A stretch of DNA of 64,000 bases from Euglena gracilis (taxonomy: Eukaryota), in contig CP154954.1 of assembly GCA_039621445.1 (NCBI GenBank), positions 30,880,395-30,944,394 on the forward strand, written 5' to 3'. Numbering within the stretch: position 1 is the first letter of the stretch; the number at the start of each line of letters is the position of its first letter. This document shows, piece by piece, positions 38,301 through 46,787 of the stretch. The position numbers were made by a program, and so were the translations under genes. The notes below the pieces were generated by a model that was given only the letters and a program-made list of their open reading frames with translations, was not told the DNA's origin and did not search any database.

Positions 38301-41300
38301 ACCCTCAAATGGGCTGCTATCCACCCATGTAAATAAAAAATGGCGCAAAAGTGGTGCATTTTTCTGGCAAGTTGTTAAAGACATTTCCGGCTTCGTCGGG
38401 TGTACGCTTTGGCCACTTCTGGCCGAGCCCACCTTGGAGTGGGGGGGGGGGGCAGTCACCGTGGTCAGCAATGGGATGGCTAGGGCTCTGGCCCTGCTTC
38501 CGGGCCACTCGGCAGCTCATCACCGTGCCGTGGGCGGAGAAGAGTTCCTTCAGCCCCTCCTTCGTGATGCGGTCGGGCAGGTTGGAGATGTAGAGGTTGG
38601 TCCCAGTGTTGAGCTCCTGGAGGCGGTACCCGGCCGCTGATATCTGGGCCTGAGGGCCCAGAACGGGAAGCCCAACGGGGAAGGGTGCGGTGTATGGCAC
38701 TGCAGGGGCAACTGGCAGTGGAGGCGGGCTGTAAACCGGGCCACTTGCTACGACGGGAGGTGGCGCTGCTGCAGCCAGTAGAGTGTCTCATAAAAAAAAA
38801 AATGGCATCAGGATGGCAAATTCCAAGTTTGCAACGTTGACCACCAGTGCACTTTTTATAACTTCTTAATTATTACACATGTTATCATTCTATTTTTATT
38901 CACAATTACACATAAAGCTAAATTGTTCGATTTAAACATGATTAAACATGTTGATTCTGAAAACCTGCTCCCATGCATTCCCCATGCATTGTAACATGCA
39001 ACCTATCACCCCCCTGGACCGACCATCAAACTTCCCCCCCCCCCAACAGATGTGCACCATTGCACCCCCATCCTCCTCCAATTAATCGATCCGAAAACGT
39101 GCATAAAAAGGAGAACATTGATGCGCAACCCAAAAAGGTAATTCCAATTGAAGCCGGTACCACAAAATCATTCTGGTCGGTTTTGAAGTACTGAATGGGG
39201 CACAATACTTGGCCAAATCACAAGAAATTCACAAGGGGATGTCATGAAAAAATATTTTAAAATAGATTGCGTGGTTTGTGATTTTGACACATTCACAATA
39301 AATGTGCCGAGGAGGTCAAAATTTGGTTCCTAAAAAAAAGTGCACATCCGTGCACTTATTGGGGAGGGGGTTACTGATAACACCAGAGAGGGAAACAACG
39401 CGAACATGAAAAATGTGCGAGACACACATGCAGCACTGGAAAAAAAACAGGTGAGCAACAATGGGCAGGAGGGAATACCACACAAACAACGCAACGACAG
39501 ATTCCAGAAATCAACAAATCCAAAATGCAGAAGACAATGTAAAAAGTTAGCTGGAGGACAGTTTTCCAGAAGCAAATTATCCAAGGTAGGTAAAACAGCA
39601 ACAGGAACAACAACATAGAAATATTTTCTGCCAGAATACAACTGAACCCACCTTGATAAACTCCCTCCGTTCATTGTTTATTTATTATTTTAATAATTCA
39701 ACAGAACTTAAGGATCCTCGGGATAGCTCCGCATTGCGCCACCGCTCTTTACCACATTAATGCCATTTTGGGACCCGTTTCTGAAAGTCTTTCACTACAG
39801 TTTCCGATTATTATTGAAGGAAGCGTACCATGTATTTTCTAACAATCAGTTGTGAATGGTCCTTCTCAAACACCAAGTCAGAAGTCTCTTTTTTTTTCAC
39901 TGTGGACCACCCCATGAGGCGGTTTAATTTCTTTCCACCATCAATAATGGCTAATTAACAATGTTCAGGGGGGGGGGGATGCGCTGGACGGCCCTCGGAA
40001 AAAATGCGCAAAAATGCGCAAAAAAATGCACAAAAATGCACAAAAAAAATGCACAAAAAAATGCGCTGAGTTTGTGACATTCCTGAGGGAAAAAGGACTT
40101 AGAAAAATTTCCAGCAGTAAACCCAAAATTAAACCAAAATCACCAAAAAGAGCTGAAATGAAGGCATTTTGGCCAAAAAATGCATGACCAAGGCGTCACT
40201 CTCCGTTCACCATAACCAACAATGTCAGCCATGGTTGCCCCTTACTTGTGACCAGGGGAGTGGGAGTCCCGCCTTGGTTACGTGTCAATGTGGGGTCTCT
40301 GAAACCCCTAGTGTCCTCATCGTCATTGGATGAGTACCCACACCTCATCACCCAAGGGTTTTTCTCTTGACGTGGGTCCCTTGGGTGGAAAAAAAGTGCG
40401 AAAATGGGTTCGTTGGTTACAGAAATGGGTCAGTTGAACGTGGGCAAAATTCGGTGAGCAATGTGATTTGGGTGGAAAATGTGCAAAAATGGCAAAATGT
40501 GCAAAATTGGGCAAAAAATGCGCAAAAAATGCGCAAAAAATGGAAAATGTGCAAAATTGGGCAAAAAAATGCGCAAAAAAAAATGCGCAAAAAATGGAAA
40601 ATGTGCAAAAACGGGGGGGAATGTGCAAAAAAAAAGTGCAAAAAATGCGCAAAAAATGCGCATTTTGAAAAATTGGCAAAAATGCGCAAAAAATGCGCAA
40701 AAATGCGGAAAAATGCGCAACGCATTTCCCCCCCTGCAATGTTAATAATATTAATAATTTAATTTCTGTCAGCCAGGCAACTCTGAACACCTGGAACAAC
40801 TTTTGGTTTTTTTTAAAAAAAATGCTGTTGCAACCACAGCTTGGGATAAAGCCTGCTGGAGCAAACATGTAGCCAAGAGACTCGTCGTCCCTCTCAGGAG
40901 CAACATGCTCTTCCTGAAGGGCGGTGGGGAGCGCCTGGAAGTTAACTTGCTTGGAAATATGAGTCACTCTGTGGTTGGAAGGACAGGCACTGTCGGAGCT
41001 GGGATGGAGAAAAGATTGGGGCTGGGCATTGATTGACCATCAACCGCACACGGATAATGACTTCATCGGAGGGAAGCGTTTCACAGTCGCGGAGAAAGTC
41101 CAAGTGAACTGATACAAAAATAAAAGAGCAGAAAACGTTGTTTTGGAGTGAATTTTTCCGGAATGGGGAAATGGGTAAATGAACGTCCACTCGGGAACGA
41201 TGGGAGGGGGCTGGGGCTGGGGGGGGACCCCGCTGAACAGGGTTCCCATCGGCCCAGGCGTTGCAGGGATGGGAGGGACCACAGTGGGGGCCACGGGGCC

Positions 41301-42619
41301 GGGCCCAAGAGAGGCGGGCTGGCGGGCAGCAGGCTGGGGGGTGCAAGGTGGAGCGGTCCTGACAAGCCCACTGCCGGAGGTAATGGGGTCAAGGACTGGC
41401 TTGCAACCGTGAAGATGTGGTCCAAAAGTTCTGGAGTGTGAGTATTGAAAGATCAAAAAACCACAACACAGGCCTGATAAACGCTAGAAACTGGCATTTT
41501 TCCACTCATGAACGTCATCCACTGGGTGGGTCAGTTAAAACATTTTTGACCCACCCTCGGGATCCCCCACGCAAGGAACAGGGCTCTTGGGTCAACTGCC
41601 CCCCACATCCAATACGCCAAGGCGGGGTTGGTATGAGCCCCATATGAACCCTACAAACCCCGAGGACAATGAAAAGAAAAGCAGGCAATGATACTCCTTC
41701 GCTGCTGGGTTCAATTCGTCCCATTTACAATTCAACCTTGGCTTGCAGAATTCACAATAATTAAAACATTTTCGGGCTGAAGTTTTTAAGGTGTCCTGAT
41801 TTCAGAAGGCTTCAAACGAATTTTTAAGGAACAAGAGGGACCGGTGGGGTGAGTGTTTGGTTATCTTTTTGGTATCATTCAGCATTGGTATGCTGGGTGA
41901 ACAAAACACCTTGCAATTCGCAGCATGGTTTTGCTGGAGACCAAAGAGCACTTCACCCATTTCGGCTTCTTCCAGGCATCAAAAGCTCAAACCGACTGCC
42001 CGTATTGGCAATCACCACGAGAATCAGGGAATGGCGGGAATGAATGTAGGTACGTGAATTTGGTGATGACAATCCATGTATGGGGGAGTTAAGGTAAACT
42101 GAGCAGGCTGGCCAGCTATTTGTCCACCTGGGGGCATCGGCATAGCAAATCTGACTCAATGAGGAGGGATTTTTGAAGATTAAAAGGCTGTGATTCAAAG
42201 CAAAAGCATTTTGACCCATTTTTTGAAGGAAAAAACCGTTCGGAATTTTAAAAAAAAACTGGTGAGATCCCATACCCGTGCAAACCTGCGAAATAATCCA
42301 TTTTTTACAAACACAAAAAGAAATGCACGGATGGATTACTAGATAAGGTAATGCATGACATCATCGGGAACCTGAAGCTGAGACAAATGCCAAGCGGACT
42401 CAAATGAAAAGTGCCAGGAGAGCCCAAAGGGCCGGCACCTGGATTCCAACCTTCCGCGGCGGCTGCAGGGGCATTTGGAATCCCAATAGACGGCGGAAGC
42501 GGTGGACCACTGGGCGGGAAGCCTCCACCTGCCGGAGGGGTGGGGGAGAGGGTGGAGGGGGCGTACACAGTGATGCTGCGCCCGTTGGAGTACAACGTCA
42601 TGGGTGTGAGAACCTGCAT
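35188..42619 (-). CDS. Multi-exon gene: Pro-rich N-terminus plus two tandem RRM domains (ELAV/Sxl/CELF-like RNA-binding protein)
   Basis: Manual splicing gives RRM1 TNLYISNLPDRITKEGLKELFSAHGTVMSCRVAR/SQQWHDGIGFVQYTTSG/MAQAAVVAMNGMMVDD/GRFIRVKLAD. It gives RRM2 SDLYVCNLPDSWSYAELHSTFARYGKVYSLTMFKDSETG/GNIGSGMVRYSSTAEATAAIQGLNMLQLPGMDRPIEVKYA. RNP2 and RNP1 motifs are present and exon phases are consistent. The N-terminal exon boundaries and true 3' end are unresolved. Confidence 0.9.
35391..36061 (-). other. Conventional GT-AG intron
   Basis: GTGCCT...gtgttcAG; phase 1 join gives ETGGNIGSG. Confidence 0.85.
36062..36242 (-). CDS. Exon: end of RRM1 and first half of RRM2
   Basis: 181 nt, GRFIRVKLADHDKDKGVTSRPSSDLYVCNLP...FKDSET-G; donor acag|GTGCCT. 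Confidence 0.9.
36243..36625 (-). other. Non-canonical intron, 383 nt
   Basis: gac|agcCAGGGaGGC...GCCaCCCTGcgggc|ggc; CAG at +4..+6, CTG at -8..-6, Y|R junctions; gives NGMMVDDGRFIRVKLA. Confidence 0.75.
36626..36675 (-). CDS. 50-nt exon, RRM1 helix 2 (G-MAQAAVVAMNGMMVDD)
   Basis: Matches the RRM AxxAxxxxNG pattern; absent from the ORF track. Confidence 0.85.
36676..38198 (-). other. Conventional GT-AG intron
   Basis: GTCCAT...ccccctcccAG; phase 1 matches on both sides. Confidence 0.8.
36703..37226. mobile_element. MITE, CAG(G)n TIR, 7-bp TSD, intronic
   Basis: TIR CAG(G)nAAATTGATATC; TSD CACAACG; AAATTGCGG repeats. Confidence 0.85.
38199..38247 (-). CDS. 49-nt exon carrying RNP1 of RRM1 (SQQWHDGIGFVQYTTS-G)
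   Basis: GIGFVQY RNP1 motif; ends at cag|GTCCAT donor, phase 1. Confidence 0.85.
38248..38499 (-). other. Non-canonical intron, 252 nt
   Basis: Ends read aagCAGGG...CCCTGaactg and restore the frame into RNP1; the obvious GT-AG alternative is out of frame. Confidence 0.55.
38500..38770 (-). CDS. Exon: Pro-rich linker plus first half of RRM1
   Basis: 271 nt (1 nt + 90 codons): AAPPPVVASGPVYSPPP...TNLYISNLPDRITKEGLKELFSAHGTVMSCRVAR. Confidence 0.85.
38771..40976 (-). other. Non-canonical (non GT-AG) stem-loop intron, 2206 nt
   Basis: 5' end aacCACAGAGTGaCTCATA is complementary to 3' end TATGAGaCACTCTaCTGgctgc. CTG lies at -8..-6 and both junctions are Y|R. Confidence 0.65.
39966..40736. mobile_element. 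MITE, same family as 892-1629, intronic
   Basis: TSD CAATGTT; subterminal AAAATGCGC repeats. Confidence 0.85.
40977..41050 (-). CDS. Exon (...GQSMPSPNLFSIPAPTVPVLP)
   Basis: Joins in frame to exon 38500-38770 across an intron with complementary ends; 5' boundary approximate. Confidence 0.55.
41190..41425 (-). CDS. Probable Pro-rich exon, reading frame ambiguous
   Basis: GC-rich island with two open Pro-rich frames (SLTPLPPAVGLSGPLHLAPPS... or PGPVAPTVVPPIPATPGPMGTLFSGVPPQPQPPP). Confidence 0.45.
42026..42150 (-). CDS. Possible Pro-rich exon (FAMPMPPGGQIAGQPAQFTLTPPY...)
   Basis: Composition matches flanking exons and it follows gagtcAG; boundaries not resolved. Confidence 0.35.
42415..42619 (-). 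CDS. Probable first coding exon of RRM gene (MQVLTPMTLYSNGRSITVYAPSTLSPTPPAGGGFPP...)
   Basis: ATG in ACAACCATG context, 10 nt after a pyrimidine tract plus AG; Pro/Gly-rich open frame; 3' boundary approximate. Confidence 0.6.
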
Positions 42620-42629
42620 GGTTGTGAAC

Positions 42630-42662
42630 CTGAAAAGAGGACGCGGGAGAAAAAGAAAAGGC
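42630..42662 (-). promoter_or_regulatory. Polypyrimidine tract plus AG acceptor upstream of the start codon (candidate spliced-leader trans-splice site or cis acceptor)
   Basis: Sense strand reads ttttcttttctcccgcgtcctcttttcAG|gttcacaaccATG. Confidence 0.5.
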
Positions 42663-43585
42663 AGTGGTGTAGAGGAAGGCCTGCCTAATTTGAAACCATT
42701 GCTTTTGAGGGGGTAGGGGGGTAAGCCTTCGGACCACCCCCTCCCCCCGGGTCCAAAACCTCTGATTGGTTTGTCCCCAAAACATTGTTGAAAGGCATGC
42801 TCTGAAACAATACGCAAAACTTGAAATTTCATGATTATTTTTTAAACTATTTCTGTCCAGTCCCTTGCCATCACCGCCCAAGGCTGGAGAAGGTCTTCTC
42901 AACATCTTGGCACCATCTGAGACCAAGGGAGATCAGGCAGTAGACTTTGGTCATTCTGGACCCTCCCCTCCCCCCTATGGTGAAATTCACGGTTTGAAAC
43001 TTCACTGGGTGTGACACTTCTAAAGCCTTATTTGGTTGCATATGGTTGACTTTTTCATCCCGATGCCTATAAGCTCAACAGTGGACGTGGCTATGGCTTG
43101 CCTCCCACTGTCCAAACGGGCTGCCGGCATGCAGGCCGCGACACCATCGCCTGTATATACCTATGTACACACCGTCAAGCCAATGTCCTGTGGCATCTCA
43201 ACCGTCTTGCAGATTGTTTCCAGGCATTCACCCTCCACGGTTTGTTTTAAAGTGAAGAAGTGGCAGCCAGAGCTTTATTTATTTCCTCGGGAATGAAATG
43301 AATAATGTTGATGAGAAATATATTCACTCCATATCATCATTGCTGCTGCCGGTGGTGGTGGTAGCAACGTCGGCATGTGTGCAGCAGTGTGTGGCCATGT
43401 GTGCCGCGGCAGAACCTCATGCTGGCCTTCATTTGGTGCCCCAAGTCTGACCCGGGGGGGGGGTCCAGCAGCAGTTCGTTTCCAGCCACCAGCCTTTTCT
43501 CCAGCCGGAGGCTGGACCCCCCCCCTCCTCCCGCAGGGGGTCCTTAAGAAATCCCCTGACCCCGCCAGAGGCAGGTTTTTTTTCT

Positions 43586-43616
43586 ATTCAATTCAATTCA
43601 ATTCGATTCAATTCAA
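43586..43616. repeat. (ATTCA)n microsatellite
   Basis: About 6 units. Confidence 0.85.
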
Positions 43617-44026
43617 TTTTTTGACCCCAAAATTGACCCCCCAAAAGAGGGTCCCCCAGAGCTGCCCCCACCCCTGTCCCCCCCAGGGGGTGGGTTGGTG
43701 GGTGATTATGCTCTTGGGGGTCTCGGACCCCCCCCAGTGAAGTTCACCGGATATTCACCGGAGGGGGGAGGGGGGGGGTACCCTTGGCTATTTTTCACCG
43801 GTGAAGTTCACCAGTGAACTTCACCGCTTTGATCATCATCATCAAAGCGGTTAGGGGTGAAATTTTGATGGAAGAAATTTTGCTGTTTCTCCTCTCAAAA
43901 TAGTCATTTTGAGGTTGATGGCTCATGTATTTCCATCTAATTTAATGTAATTTCTGAAAACTAATCCAAAAATGCCATTTTCAGTTATTTTTGACCATTT
44001 TTGGCCAAAAAAAGTGCTCTTGTCCT

Positions 44027-44223
44027 GCCGTTTTGCATGGGTTTTCATGCAAAATTGCCATTTTCCGAGCATATGGGGTGTTTTATGACTCTTTTTGTGG
44101 CACTTTTGGTACATTTTATAGACATAGAGGTGACATAGAGGTGGAGGTAGAGGTAGAGGTGGTTGACATAGAGGTGGAGACCTTTGAACTCTACCTCTAC
44201 CTCTATGCAGCCCTGATGTACCC
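44027..44223 (+). repeat. Dispersed ~200-bp repeat, second copy at ~49315-49507
   Basis: Shared GTTTTGCATGGGTTTT...GAGGTAGAGGTGGTTGACATAGAGG...GCAGCCCTGATGTACC. Confidence 0.85.
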
Positions 44224-45412
44224 CCTTGCAAGCCTGGGCCGAAGCCCTCACCAGCTGTGGCTGGAAGCCGCCCATTCGAAGACCTCATGGGTTGTGGCCG
44301 AAGCCCTCCCGGGACGGTGGAGCTGGGTCCCCTCCCGTGTGCTGTGGCTGAAGCCCTCCCAAGCCGTGGCCGGCAGTCGACGACTCGAAGCCCTCAGGCG
44401 CTGTGGCCGAAGCCCGCCGGGGCGGTGTGGGCTGGGTCCTCCTCCCGGGCCTGTGGCCGAAACCCTCCCACTCGTAACCCCCTGCACCTGCGAGCCCCCT
44501 TCCCAGGACCCTCACCAGCCCCTGGACCCCCATCTCTGGACGGGCAAAAAAGAGAGACGGGAAAAAAAACGGGAGGAAAAAAATTCCAGAGATGACGCCC
44601 AAGGGGTATCTTTGGACTGTTCCGGGGGGGAACCCCTGCCAGAACGGCCCAAGGTGGTGCGGGTGCCTGCTGCTCCCCCGTGCTGCTGTAGGAGACCGAC
44701 CCCCCTAAGGGTCAGCCTTCGAACCCCGCCCCGCCCCCAACGAAGAAAAAAAAACGGACAGACAGAAAGACGGAGTCGAGATTGTGTTTGCCAAAAAAAT
44801 ACCCAGCGCCCTTTTGCCGAAGGCGGGTTTGGCTGCCTTGGGAAGCTTTTTAAGGAGGGAAGTGTGGGCGCTGGGAAGAAAATTAGGATTCCAACAGAAG
44901 AATTAGGATTTACGTAAAATTATGTCTGTGTTTTTGCTTGTAGTGGCACGCAGCATGTTCAGTTTGACTTTGGTGGTTCAGTTCTGGAAAGTGTCTTGAT
45001 TTGTGCCAGCGCTGGGAATTGGGAAGTGGGATTACCATGAAAAGTGCCAAGGAAAGTCCCAGGTGGGTGCCAGGCCCCCTGGGTGAATTGATGGCTCCCA
45101 GCCAGTGGCAGGGCCTGCAGGCGCCAGGGGCCAGCCACCAGGGGGTTGTGGGGGTTGTGAGGCCCACACCCCCAACAGCCCCATGGTTGCTGGGACAGAT
45201 GTCTTGGCCGAAAACTGCTGGGCTGGCTGAAAAACCTGTAAAGTCATCTGGGCTGGCCCCATGATTGGTGGGACAGATGACTCAGCCAAAAACTGCTGGG
45301 CTGGGTGAAAAAACTGCCCAGGCATCTGGGCTGGGACAGCTATCTCAGCCGAAACCGGCTGGGCTGGTTGAAAAACCTGCAGTTGGGCAGCTGGCTGTGT
45401 TGACCACGATTA

Positions 45413-46787
45413 CACCTAACACTCACAATTTTGGGACGTCCCGCCAAAATTGTCGACCACTTTTGCCATAATTTTGGGCTCTTTTGCCAAAACGCCTGGG
45501 ACCTTTTGCCAAAATTTTTGGGACCGTTGCCACATTTTTGGGATTCCGTTGCAGAGACTTTGGGACTCGGCGGTCAAAATTTTTGGGACTTTTTGCAAAA
45601 GCTCTCCAAATCCAACAAACAACTCTCTGAACAAACCAGCAACCCCACGGCTCTTCAGAGCAACACAGCTGATGTAAATCAGATCATACCCAGTAAAAAT
45701 GCCCCCCCCCCCCCCTCAGTGTCCCCCCCTGCCCCGAAGTGACCATCGCGTTTTGCAATTTTGCCCCCTCAAAGAAAGTAGCCATTTGCCTTCGACGCCA
45801 AAGGTGCCAAAAGCAAATTTGACCCCCCCCCCAAAATGTCCACTTCCCTGAACTGGCCTTTTTTTTTCGCCTGAAGGGTGGAGGGGGGGTGAGATATTGG
45901 GGGGGGGGACAATTAGGGGGGCTCAAGGATTTTTTACCTGTGCAAAATTGGTCAATTTTTTGTGCATAGTGGGATTCGTGGGATTTGCCACAACGTTTCT
46001 CATTCGGAAAGTATTGAAAATATCAAAACGGACTTTATTGGAGGCTTTCCAAGCCCTTTTGCAACCTTGCCGAATTTGGTCCGTCTTGTCCTGGAGACCA
46101 ATTGGCCAATTGGGGGGTGAGGGAGGGAGGGAAATGTGTTTTCTGGCTGATTTTGTGCCAAAATGGGCACTTTAGGTAAATGGGTACAAATTTTTTTTCG
46201 ACTGGCCAGCCCTGCCAGCAAACCCTCCGTCCTGAGTCCTGTGTTTAAAAGACAGGACTCAGGACGGAGTATGCGTCTAAGACGCAGTTTTTGCCACAGA
46301 AGACGTCCTCCAGTTCATCCTCGGTCAGATGGCGACAACACCTTCTTGGTCGACGGGCTGCATGTGCAGCATCCAATCTGGCAAAGCTGGAGTTTTTTGT
46401 TTGGAGAAAAAAAATATGCTTTTTGGATTTTTTTGAAAAAAAACATTTTTTTGGCTTCGTTTTGAACGAGCTGCCAGCCATGCCAGCTGCCAGCCATGCC
46501 GGGGTTTGGATGGACAGGCATTCCAAAAACACACACTAGGGGCAAAGGGGAACAAAAAAATGGCAAGTCCCAAAAACTTGCAAAAAAGTCCCAAAACTGT
46601 CAGACCGCGGAGTCCCAAATCTCTGAAAAGAGTACTCTTTTCATTTGCAAAAAAGTTCCAAAAAATTGGCAAAACTGTCCAAAATTATGGCAAAACGTAC
46701 ACAAATATTTTGCAAAAGGTTCCAAAAATTTTGGCGAAAGTGCCAAAAATTATGGCAAAACATCCCAAAAACTGTGAGCGTTAGGTG
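45413..46787. mobile_element. Fold-back element, ~190-bp arms, TA flanks
   Basis: TA|CACCTAACACTCACAATTTTGGGA...TCCCAAAAACTGTGAGCGTTAGGTG|TA. Confidence 0.75.

Noticed and set aside
40323-40967. Phe-rich and Lys-rich ORFs, also at 813-1685
   Set aside because: Translations of AAAATGCGC subterminal repeats.
43991-44917. 308-aa ORF with EVEVEV repeats, and the start of the 49366 ORF
   Set aside because: Translation of GAGGTA and GCCGAAGCCCTC repeats within a dispersed element.
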